The notes under the pieces were generated by a model. The model was not told where the DNA came from, ran no database searches, and saw nothing but the letters and a program-made list of their open reading frames with translations. Source: an uncultured Spirochaetaceae bacterium (GTDB taxonomy: Bacteria; Spirochaetota; Spirochaetia; DSM-27196; CAZPXH01). Taken from it: a stretch of 64,000 nt of DNA. Numbering within the stretch: the stretch's first letter is position 1; the number at the start of each line of letters is the position of its first letter. Made by a program: the position numbers and the translations under genes. The stretch covers positions 12,873-76,872 of the forward strand of contig CAZPXH010000006.1 of the NCBI GenBank assembly GCA_964591085.1. The letters are read 5' to 3'. Below are positions 36,814 through 45,387 of the stretch, one piece after another.

Positions 36814-36914
36814 TCGGCCATTAGTATAGCGGCTTGGAGCGATCACGGCAGGCTCATTGATGCCGGGAGCGCTGACTTGCCCGCGGGCACTGAATCCGCT
36901 ACGTTCCCTCGGAT

Positions 36915-38597
36915 ATGCTTGGCGGCGGAGCACTCATCGTGCAGAGCGACGGCTCCATCCTGCTGGATGTCCATCATCCTCAGGCTGAGCCAGCACGGGA
37001 TGCGATTTCCGCGTTTACCGAGCTTGAAAAATCCCCGGAGCACGTCCACACCTACCGGATCTCCCGGCTTTCGCTGTGGAACGCGGCGTCTGCGGGCCTG
37101 AGAGCGGAAGACTGCGCTGCAGCGCTCTCGGACCACAGCCGCTACGATGTCCCGGCAACAGTAGTCCGTTCGGTTCGCGAACTCATCGGACGCTTCGGCC
37201 GCCTGCGCCTGGAGGCTACGGATGATGATCGCATCCTCCGGCTGCAGTCCGACAGCGCAGATCTCGCACGAGAACTCGGTGAGACCGCGCGCCTGAAGAA
37301 GCTCCTGATCCCGGATGGGGATGAATCCCAGCAGAACCTCAGCTTTCTTGTTGCCTTGGAAAATCGTGGGACACTGAAGCAGGAGCTTATCCGGGTTGGG
37401 TGGCCGGTTGAGGACCGAGTCCCGCTGTTACCCGGAGACCCCCTTCCGCTTGAGTTGCGCACCCAGACCCGATCCGGGAAGAGCTTTGGTCTCCGGGACT
37501 ATCAGTCTGCCGCCGCTGCGGCCTTTGTGGCCGGACAGAAGCCAGGGACGGGGTACGGCACCGTTGTCATGCCAAGCGGCGCGGGCAAAACCGTGGTGGG
37601 CATGGGAGTGATGGCGAAGCTACAGACCAACACCCTTATCATCACTACCAACACCACCGCTGTGGAGCAGTGGCAACGAGAGCTCCTGGACAAGACCTCG
37701 CTGGAAAAGGAACAGGTTGGAACCTACACCGGAGACAAAAAGGATATCAGACCTGTCACGGTAGCCACCTACCAGATTCTTGTGTGGCGACCGACAACGG
37801 ACGCCCCCTTCCCCCATTTTGACCTGTTCCGCGCACGGGCCTGGGGCTTGATCATCTACGATGAGGTTCACTTGATTCCTGCCCCCGTATTCCGGGTTAC
37901 CGCAGAGATTCAGGCGGTCCGGCGGCTTGGACTGACCGCAACCCTGGTGCGGGAGGACGGCCGTGAGGCGGACGTATTCAGTCTTGTTGGCCCGCGGCGC
38001 TTTGACGTGCCGTGGAAAGAATTGGAGGCCGCCGGATGGATCGCTACCGCGGTCTGCCGGGAGGTTCGGATCACCCTTCCGGGGCATGAGCAACGGCGCT
38101 ACGCTGCCGGTGATCGCCGGGTGCGGTATCGGATTGCAAGCGAGAACCCGCGCAAGCTGCAGGTGCTTTCGGAGCTCATTGATCACCATCAGGATGAACT
38201 CATCCTGGTCATCGGGCAGTATCTTTCGCAGCTCAACGAGGTGGCAGAGCAGTTCAACATGCCAATAATCACCGGCCGCACGCCCAACGCTGAGCGCCAG
38301 CGCTTGTATGACCAGTTCCGCGCCGGCGAGATCCGGCGCCTTGTTGTGTCAAAGGTGGCAAACTTCGCCATAGACCTCCCGGACGCGAGCGTGGCGGTCC
38401 AGCTGAGTGGCAGTTTCGGCAGCCGGCAGGAAGAGGCGCAGCGCCTTGGTCGTATTCTCCGGCCAAAGGAACGTACTGCCTGGTTCTACACCCTGGTCAG
38501 CCGCTACACGGTTGAGGAGGAGTTCAGCCAGAACCGTCAGAAGTTCCTCACGGAGCAGGGTTATCGCTACGAGCTGGAGGTCCGCGGAGACGAATGA
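36915..38597 (+). CDS. XPB/ERCC3/Ssl2-type SF2 DNA helicase
   Basis: N-terminal damage-recognition-like domain (ALIVQSDGSILLD...HTYRISRLSLWNA). Motif I SGAGKT, motif II DEVH, and the XPB-specific RED motif in TATLVREDG. Confidence 0.88.
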   Translation: MLGGGALIVQSDGSILLDVHHPQAEPARDAISAFTELEKSPEHVHTYRISRLSLWNAASAGLRAEDCAAALSDHSRYDVPATVVRSVRELIGRFGRLRLEATDDDRILRLQSDSADLARELGETARLKKLLIPDGDESQQNLSFLVALENRGTLKQELIRVGWPVEDRVPLLPGDPLPLELRTQTRSGKSFGLRDYQSAAAAAFVAGQKPGTGYGTVVMPSGAGKTVVGMGVMAKLQTNTLIITTNTTAVEQWQRELLDKTSLEKEQVGTYTGDKKDIRPVTVATYQILVWRPTTDAPFPHFDLFRARAWGLIIYDEVHLIPAPVFRVTAEIQAVRRLGLTATLVREDGREADVFSLVGPRRFDVPWKELEAAGWIATAVCREVRITLPGHEQRRYAAGDRRVRYRIASENPRKLQVLSELIDHHQDELILVIGQYLSQLNEVAEQFNMPIITGRTPNAERQRLYDQFRAGEIRRLVVSKVANFAIDLPDASVAVQLSGSFGSRQEEAQRLGRILRPKERTAWFYTLVSRYTVEEEFSQNRQKFLTEQGYRYELEVRGDE

Positions 38598-40582
38598 GCG
38601 CTTCCCGCCCGGAGCTGCTGACCCAGAGCCTGCTTGCACTCCCGGATCCGCTGTTCTTTGAGCTGCTGCGGAACTGGCTCGGTCCCATCAGCACCCCGTA
38701 CCGAAAACAGGACCTCCTGCAGAGCCTCCGCGCCCGCCTCACCGAGCCTGAGCGCAAAGCCAGAATCATGCAGCTGCTCGACCCCGCAGACCTGGAGCTC
38801 CTGTGGGCGCTCGACGCCGCGGGTTCGGCCGGTCTGGACGCTCTGAGCCGCGTTGTGATGCCGGAAAACCCTGCCGCGGTCCATCGGTGGCTGGTGAACC
38901 TCCAGGACCGGCTGCTGGTGTATCGCTCAGATCGTGATGGCCGGTATCGAATCAATCCCTGGTTTGCCGATGAGGTTGAGGCCAAGGTCCGGCAGGAGCC
39001 CTGTGAGGCCCCGCGGTCCAAGCCATGGGAGGTTCTGGCAAACCGGCTAGGCACGCTGGTAATTGCGCTTGCATCGCTGGCACGGGAGGACGGGCGCGTC
39101 CGCCGCCGGGACGGAGAACTCCGGCAGGCATTTGCCGATCAGATCACCGCGCGACTTGGAGCCGCGCAGGCTGATACGGCGCCCATGATTCTGCGGGCGA
39201 TGGAGAATACCGGTCTGCTCCGCCCGGATGCCACGGCGGCGGGCCAGGGAAGCCTGCGCCTGTCCGAGCGGGCGCTTACGGAACTGGTGGAACTGGACGC
39301 TGTGGCACTGCTGGGGGTGCTTCTGGCAGCGGCAGCGGACCGCGGCGGCCTTGCCGGCAGGGCCACCGCCTGGGAACAGGTGCTCCGCGTTCTCGCATGC
39401 CAGCCGGTATCCCGGGAGACCGCGGTGCGCCTTGGGCAGCTTTCCTTTGTAATTCACGGGAGCGATCAGTCCTTTGCCCTGGACGATGCTATCACCGCAG
39501 GAATCCTGCTCGAGCATTCGGACGACACCATTGGTCCGGCATCAGTCAAAATGGCAGATCAGTCTGCGATGGTGGACTCCAGCCTGCAGCTGGTTCTGGG
39601 ACCCGACCTGGACCGGCGGTCTGTTCTCAACCTGTCCCGGCACACCAGGCTGGTACGGCTGGAGTCCAGCTCCACCTGGGAGATCACCCGCGACTCGGTG
39701 TATCGCTGGCTTGAGAGCGGAGCGGAGACCGCAGACATTCTAAACCTGGTCTCTGCGCTTGTTCCCGCGGTGCCTGCCGTCCTGGAAACCAGCCTGCGGG
39801 ACTGGTCAGAGGCATTTGCTGGCGCGCGATGGTACCGGGGCATTGTTCTGACCATCGCGGAGGGCAGACGGGCTCTACTGGTGCACGACCGTGACTTCCA
39901 GGCACTTTCCGCACGGGAGCTGGCACCGGGCGTCTACCTGGTGGACGAGGAGCGATGGGACCTGCTCACAGCCTTTGCCGAGCGCAACGGACTCCCTGCT
40001 CCGCCACCCCCTCCGGGAAGCAGTGCAGACGAGCCCGAGCATCGTGGACTGGCCCTGGGGGTGAGACCCCAGGTGCACCGCGTTGGTCTCCCTCCCTCTT
40101 CGCGGCCGCTGCCGCCGCCTCCACCGTCAGACGGGGACCCAGACCTGAAGCAAGGCCCTGACGGAGGGGTGGGCACCGTGGGGGCCACGCTCGCTTCCCT
40201 TGAGGGAAAAATCCCGGATGCTGCGCTGAGCGAGGCGCGAGTACGCATTGAACGCAAGCTGATTGTGGATTCCGAGCAGCTGGGTTGGATTGAGGCCATC
40301 ACCGAAGGGCTTGAGGCGCGCGGTCTGGACTACAGCGCCAAGATCCGGGTCATTGAGACTGCTTTGAGGGATTCAGGATCCGTGCTGGAAGTTACCCGGT
40401 CGGTGTCGGGCTCTCGCTCGGTGGATCTTCTTGAGCCGTCCGAGCTGCAGCGGGAAGGCCAGTCCATGCTCCTGATCGGGCGCAAGGCCAGTGCGCCAGA
40501 GCAAAGGATGCGGATTGACGTCAGCAAGATCAGCCGGGTCCGGAGACTTCGGGCTTCCCTGACCGGGGGACCCCTCCGGTAA
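38594..40582 (+). CDS. Helicase-associated protein of unknown function (XPB partner)
   Basis: 662-aa ORF, translationally coupled to XPB by an ATGA overlap. Helical N-terminal half and a Pro/Gly-rich linker (PPPPPGSSADEPEH...PPPPPSDGDPD). No catalytic motif recognised. Confidence 0.65.
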   Translation: MSASRPELLTQSLLALPDPLFFELLRNWLGPISTPYRKQDLLQSLRARLTEPERKARIMQLLDPADLELLWALDAAGSAGLDALSRVVMPENPAAVHRWLVNLQDRLLVYRSDRDGRYRINPWFADEVEAKVRQEPCEAPRSKPWEVLANRLGTLVIALASLAREDGRVRRRDGELRQAFADQITARLGAAQADTAPMILRAMENTGLLRPDATAAGQGSLRLSERALTELVELDAVALLGVLLAAAADRGGLAGRATAWEQVLRVLACQPVSRETAVRLGQLSFVIHGSDQSFALDDAITAGILLEHSDDTIGPASVKMADQSAMVDSSLQLVLGPDLDRRSVLNLSRHTRLVRLESSSTWEITRDSVYRWLESGAETADILNLVSALVPAVPAVLETSLRDWSEAFAGARWYRGIVLTIAEGRRALLVHDRDFQALSARELAPGVYLVDEERWDLLTAFAERNGLPAPPPPPGSSADEPEHRGLALGVRPQVHRVGLPPSSRPLPPPPPSDGDPDLKQGPDGGVGTVGATLASLEGKIPDAALSEARVRIERKLIVDSEQLGWIEAITEGLEARGLDYSAKIRVIETALRDSGSVLEVTRSVSGSRSVDLLEPSELQREGQSMLLIGRKASAPEQRMRIDVSKISRVRRLRASLTGGPLR

Positions 40583-42098
40583 CCCGGCAGAAAAGCTCCG
40601 CCTGCAGTTCCGCCTGAGCGGCAAACATCTCGCCTCCATCCAGAATCTGGGCACCGGCGGTTCGAGCACGCCGGAGCAGCTCAGTGTCCCGGTAGTTCAG
40701 GTCGTAGACCCACTGACCCTGCCGGAACAACAGCTGTGGTGCTGGATCACCGGGCACGGACGGCAGTCCGACGGGCGTTGCCTGCACCACCAGATCCACC
40801 GGACCTGTGAGGTCAATATCCGCCGGATCTGCAGTTGGCGCCGCATCCGCGTGCAGGCGCGCCCGGAGATCCGCCGCCAGTTCCTCCGCACGGTGGAAGC
40901 TTCGGTTCCAGATATGCATGCGCGCGCCCGCAGCGGCCAACGCCACCGCCACACCGCGCGCGGCTCCACCGGCGCCCAGGATGAGCGCGGACCGGCCCTT
41001 CAGCGTGAGTCCGCGTCCGCGCAGCGGCGCAAGGAACCCGGCAATGTCGGTATTGTGCGCCACTACTCGCCGCCCAACCCGTATCAGGGTGTTGGCCGCA
41101 CCGGCCAGACGGGCGCTATCGGTGGCGCAATCTGCAAGGCGCAGCGCCGCCTCCTTGAACGGGACCGTAACCGATAGCCCCGCCAGGCCGCCTTCCCGCA
41201 TCCAGGGTAACAGGGTCTCAAGCGTTTCCGGTTGGAGGCGCGTGTAGGAGGCGGAAAGTCCGGCTGCCGCGAGCCTGCGGTTGTGCCATTCGGGGGAGAG
41301 ACTGTGGTCAACGGGGTTTCCAGCCACCGCAAACCAGGGATCTCCCGGCCGCTGGCCATGGATGCGGAGCCCCTCAAGAAGCTCGGACAGGGAGGGGACA
41401 CCGGGCGCTGGCTGCGGCCCTTCGTCATCGTGGGCGTAGGTCCAGGCGTTTCCCAGGACGCCGGCCAGGTCACGCGTCATCCGTCCCCTGATTCCCATCC
41501 CAATCACCACGTGCCGACCCGTAGGCAGGCGTGCTCTGAAGTCAAGGAGTTGGCCCAGCTCCGCATCACCGTTCACCATGGCCGCAAGCTTGATCTGATC
41601 ACCTGCGGGATCATCTGTGAAATCACTCGCGCGCTCCGCCAGCGCCTGAAGCGGCTGAGTATCCGGGAGACCGGTGAAGCTGTGCAGGCTCCACAGCACC
41701 ACAACACCGTGCTCGCGTGCTTGCGCGGCAAGCTCGACAGTACCGGGGAGCGGGAGGCCGGACTCCGGGTCACACTCCAGGTCAACGTAGATGGGCACTG
41801 CGCGGGCAGTTCGCGCTCCTACCGTGGCCTCAACCACTCGGCCGAGGAGGCGGAGCCGCTGTGCTTCTGTCCCGTGAAAGCGGCCGCCGTCCTCCGGCCT
41901 CCGCGCGGTCAGGATCACACCACCCCGCGGCAAGGGGAGCGTGGAAAGCCATTCCCAGAAACTCCAGACGCTGGCGGTTTCCGGAAGCGAGTCCAGGCGA
42001 AGCTCAACCAGATCATCTTGCGTGAGCCTCGCGCGTTCCAGGCGCACCTCGGCCTGCTGGTGATCTGCGAGGTGAAGAATCAGGGCGATGCGGGTCAC
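40530..42098 (-). CDS. Bifunctional type I 3-dehydroquinate dehydratase / shikimate 5-dehydrogenase fusion
   Basis: N-terminal AroD-like (SLHSF His context, Schiff-base Lys in DQIKLAAM, VIGMGIRGRMTR). C-terminal AroE-like (NPVDHSLSPEWHN, GAGGAARGVA Rossmann). Confidence 0.85.
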   Translation of the reverse strand: MTRIALILHLADHQQAEVRLERARLTQDDLVELRLDSLPETASVWSFWEWLSTLPLPRGGVILTARRPEDGGRFHGTEAQRLRLLGRVVEATVGARTARAVPIYVDLECDPESGLPLPGTVELAAQAREHGVVVLWSLHSFTGLPDTQPLQALAERASDFTDDPAGDQIKLAAMVNGDAELGQLLDFRARLPTGRHVVIGMGIRGRMTRDLAGVLGNAWTYAHDDEGPQPAPGVPSLSELLEGLRIHGQRPGDPWFAVAGNPVDHSLSPEWHNRRLAAAGLSASYTRLQPETLETLLPWMREGGLAGLSVTVPFKEAALRLADCATDSARLAGAANTLIRVGRRVVAHNTDIAGFLAPLRGRGLTLKGRSALILGAGGAARGVAVALAAAGARMHIWNRSFHRAEELAADLRARLHADAAPTADPADIDLTGPVDLVVQATPVGLPSVPGDPAPQLLFRQGQWVYDLNYRDTELLRRARTAGAQILDGGEMFAAQAELQAELFCRVTGGVPRSGKPEVSGPG

Positions 42099-43639
42099 GA
42101 TCCCCTTGCCGGAAGCTGGATATCCTCCGCCAGCAGCTTGCCGAGCTCCGCAGCGGGAACCGGCCTGCTGAGGTGGTATCCCTGCAACTCACCTATGCCC
42201 AGGTCCAGCAATGTACGAACCTGCTCAGCGCTCTCCACGCCCTCGGCCAGACTGCTGATCCCGCCGCCCAGGTTCTGACAGATAGCCACTATCCCCCGAA
42301 CAATTCCCCGGTCCCTGTCAGCATCCGGCTGATGCACGTGCTGGACCAGGCTGCGGTCAATCTTGAGCTGGTCAATGGGGAAGCGCTGCAAGTAAGCGAG
42401 TGAACTGTAGCCGGTTCCAAAGTCATCAATGGAGATTCGGAAACCGCGATCACGAATCTGCTGCATGGTGGCCAGGGATGCGTCAGGATCGCTCATCGCC
42501 GCGGTCTCTGTCACCTCCAGCTTCATTCGTTCCGGCGAGAGTCCGGCCGCGCGGACCAGATCGTTCACGCGCTCGGGAAGATCCTCCTGGGCAAACTGAA
42601 CCGCAGACACGTTGACGCTGAGCTGCCGGAGCTTGCGGCCGGTCGGCCCGTTCTCGGCTTCCCAGCCCACCATAGCGCGTGAGGCGGAGTAGAGGGTCCA
42701 CACGCCAAGCTGCTGTATGAGGCCCATCTCCTCGGCAACCGGAATGAACACCGCCGGGCTGATTGTGGTTCCGTCCCTCCGAGACCAGCGGATCAGGGAT
42801 TCCGCCCCGATGATCCGGCGCTGCGCATCAACAATGGGCTGAAAGACCAAGGAGAACCCGCGGAATCCCGCCTGTATGTCCGCGCGCAGCTCTCGCTCAA
42901 TTTCCCGCCTTCGGTCCGCACGGTCCCGAAACTCCGGGCGGAAGAACATGTAGTGCTTCTGCCTGCTGTTGGCTTCGGACAGCGCCAATTCAGCGAATCG
43001 AATGATCTGCAGGGGATCCGCGGAGTCATGCGGCGCGGTGACCGCCCCAATGGTGCAGCCAAAGCGGATCTCCGCGGCCTGCTCGGGAAACGGCAAACCA
43101 ATCTGTCTGATGATTGCGCCCACTAGCTCTGTCAGCCAGCTCCGGGATCTGGGCTGCTTCACCGCAACCACGAAGTCCTCGGCAAGGTCCCCCTGAAAAA
43201 GCGCAGCCTGCGAGGGCTGCAGAAACCGGACACCGTGCTGCTCCTGCAGCTCCGGGCTCATGTCGTACTCTTCGCTGGCAAGCAGCACTTCGTCGCCAGG
43301 GAAGATCTCGCCTTCCCGCGATAGCAGGATTCGTTGGCCAATCTCGTGGAGAAAGAACTCACGGCCACGCTGGAAGGAGAGCGCGGCGTCTGTGCTCCGG
43401 AAGGTTACCTGCAGCCGCACCAGGAGAATCGCAAGGTCTGAGTTCCCGGCAACGGCCAGCGCCCGCGCAAGCTGTTTGTCCAGGATTCGGCGCACCGGAA
43501 GTCCGGTCTCCAGATTTCGGGATCGCAGGCGCTCAAAGAGCCGCCGCTCTTCCTCCAGCGTCTGCTGCAGACGAGCAACCTGCAACCGGAGATCCTTTAC
43601 CTCTTCATTGGGCTGCGTTGAGTTCAGTGAGTCCGCCAC
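42095..43639 (-). CDS. EAL-domain c-di-GMP phosphodiesterase with a coiled-coil N-terminus and a degenerate GGDEF-like middle
   Basis: EAL-domain motifs QPIVD, ESLIRW (ESL in place of EAL), EVTETA, DDFGTGYSSL, KIDRS. No intact GGDEF motif in the middle region. Confidence 0.85.
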   Translation of the reverse strand: MADSLNSTQPNEEVKDLRLQVARLQQTLEEERRLFERLRSRNLETGLPVRRILDKQLARALAVAGNSDLAILLVRLQVTFRSTDAALSFQRGREFFLHEIGQRILLSREGEIFPGDEVLLASEEYDMSPELQEQHGVRFLQPSQAALFQGDLAEDFVVAVKQPRSRSWLTELVGAIIRQIGLPFPEQAAEIRFGCTIGAVTAPHDSADPLQIIRFAELALSEANSRQKHYMFFRPEFRDRADRRREIERELRADIQAGFRGFSLVFQPIVDAQRRIIGAESLIRWSRRDGTTISPAVFIPVAEEMGLIQQLGVWTLYSASRAMVGWEAENGPTGRKLRQLSVNVSAVQFAQEDLPERVNDLVRAAGLSPERMKLEVTETAAMSDPDASLATMQQIRDRGFRISIDDFGTGYSSLAYLQRFPIDQLKIDRSLVQHVHQPDADRDRGIVRGIVAICQNLGGGISSLAEGVESAEQVRTLLDLGIGELQGYHLSRPVPAAELGKLLAEDIQLPARGS

Positions 43640-43678
43640 CGGGACCGGCAGCCTAGCATATCCGGGCTGGCTGGAAAC

Positions 43679-44245
43679 TCAGATCCCATCCCTCCGCCAG
43701 GGTCTCCCAATTGCCCGGGACAGCGCTTGGGATGTCTGTTCGAGCTCCGCAACGGAATTGCTTTCGTCCACGGTGACCATCCTGTCACCCAGCTCAAGCA
43801 CCAGACGACCAAAACTGTTCTTGCGATTCATGTAGCTGGAAAGCCTGCTGTTGACGGGTGTGCTTGCGGGAATCTGGGAGTCACTGAAAAACCGTGGATT
43901 CTGAATGACAACCGCGGTCAAACTGCGGAGCGGATCCACTTCGGACCGCACCCGGAGTCCGGCAATTCGCATTTCCCTGCGCAACTCCCCTGCACTGCTA
44001 TCAAAGCGCACCTCCTCTCTAAGGAGAGCAACCACCGCGGATGCCGTGGTCATACTCACCAACAGAATCAGGCCGAACGCCCGTCCGGAAAAACTCACGC
44101 CGGGGCTGTTCAGTGCAACCGCAAATCCGGTAATAAGGGTTGCGGCAATCACCCCGTAGATGATCCGCCGAATCGGATTGGTCAGCAGCGCAACTTGTCC
44201 TTCGGCGTAGATCCGCAGGACAAGCCGCGCGCGAACACCAAACAT
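43679..44245 (-). CDS. Hypothetical membrane protein (two TM segments plus a soluble domain)
   Basis: 188-aa ORF with hydrophobic segments IIYGVIAATLITGFAVAL and FGLILLVSMTTASAVVALL. Its start abuts the ABC ATPase stop. Confidence 0.55.
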   Translation of the reverse strand: MFGVRARLVLRIYAEGQVALLTNPIRRIIYGVIAATLITGFAVALNSPGVSFSGRAFGLILLVSMTTASAVVALLREEVRFDSSAGELRREMRIAGLRVRSEVDPLRSLTAVVIQNPRFFSDSQIPASTPVNSRLSSYMNRKNSFGRLVLELGDRMVTVDESNSVAELEQTSQALSRAIGRPWRRDGI

Positions 44246-45387
44246 CAGCCGTTCGGCGGGTTGTGGCAGGCAATCACGTGATTGTCCTGCTCCTTCTCCA
44301 GTACCGGCACCAGCTGGGTGCAGATCTCGGTGCGATAGTTGCAGCGGGGATTAAAAGTGCAACCCGGCGGCGGGTTCACCGGAGAAGGGACATCGCCTTC
44401 CAGGATGATCTGTTCCCGCTGAGCGTCCGGATCGGCAACCGGGATGGAAGACAGAAGGCTGATGGTGTAGGGATGCCGTGGATTGCGGTAGAGCTGCGCT
44501 GCGCTTGCGAGCTCCACCACCTTTCCCAGGTACATGACCGCAACGCGGTCCGACACGTACTCAACAACGCTGAGGTCGTGTGCAATGAAGATGAAGGTCA
44601 GGTCAAAGTCATCCTGCAGGCTGAGCAGCAGGTTGACGATCTGAGCCTGAATGGAAACATCCAGAGCGGACACCGGTTCATCGCAGACAATGAGACTCGG
44701 ATTCAGCGCCAGCGCGCGCGCAATACCAATCCGCTGCCGCTGGCCACCGGAAAACTCGTGCGGATACCGGTTGGCAGCCGCCTTCGGAAGTCCAACCTTG
44801 TCCAGCAGCTCCATCACCCAGCGGTCCAGGTCCGGTCCACGGTGCGTGCCGAACTCGGCGGGCCCCTCCGCGATAATCTCCTTGACCACCATGGTGGGAT
44901 TCAGTGACGCCCAGGGGTCCTGGAAGACCATCTGCAACTCGCGCCGCGCTTTCTTCAGCGTCTCCGGCCTCATGGACAGAACATCCGTGTCAGACGCCAG
45001 CTTGCGGGCTTCAGTCCGGAGCTTTTCCACCTTGTTTGTGAGCTCCCGTACCGCCTGTCTGCCGTCACGGCCGCGGGCCTTGGCGTCTTCCAGCTCAACC
45101 TCAACGGTGGCTCGGCGGGCATCCAGCTCGGTCACCTGGGACACAACCTCGTCCCGCGGATTGAGCCAGATTCGTCCGGAATCCGGCTCGTACAGGCGGA
45201 GGAGGCAGCGTCCAACGGTAGTCTTGCCACATCCGGACTCACCCACCAATCCAAGGGTCTCACCCTTCCGGAGCTCCAGGTTCACGCCATCAACGGCCTT
45301 GAGGGTGAGACTCTTGTTGGAGAAGGGTCCGGCCTTCACGGGGAAGGTCTTCTTCAGATTTTGAACCTTGAGGAGAGTGTCGTTCAC
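44245..45387 (-). CDS. Oligopeptide/dipeptide-type ABC transporter ATP-binding protein (OppF/DppF-like) with an inserted coiled-coil
   Basis: Walker A GESGCGKTT, signature FSGGQRQR, Walker B LIVCDEPVSALD. C-terminal oligopeptide-ABC extension (PPGCTFNPRC). Confidence 0.88.
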   Translation of the reverse strand: MNDTLLKVQNLKKTFPVKAGPFSNKSLTLKAVDGVNLELRKGETLGLVGESGCGKTTVGRCLLRLYEPDSGRIWLNPRDEVVSQVTELDARRATVEVELEDAKARGRDGRQAVRELTNKVEKLRTEARKLASDTDVLSMRPETLKKARRELQMVFQDPWASLNPTMVVKEIIAEGPAEFGTHRGPDLDRWVMELLDKVGLPKAAANRYPHEFSGGQRQRIGIARALALNPSLIVCDEPVSALDVSIQAQIVNLLLSLQDDFDLTFIFIAHDLSVVEYVSDRVAVMYLGKVVELASAAQLYRNPRHPYTISLLSSIPVADPDAQREQIILEGDVPSPVNPPPGCTFNPRCNYRTEICTQLVPVLEKEQDNHVIACHNPPNG

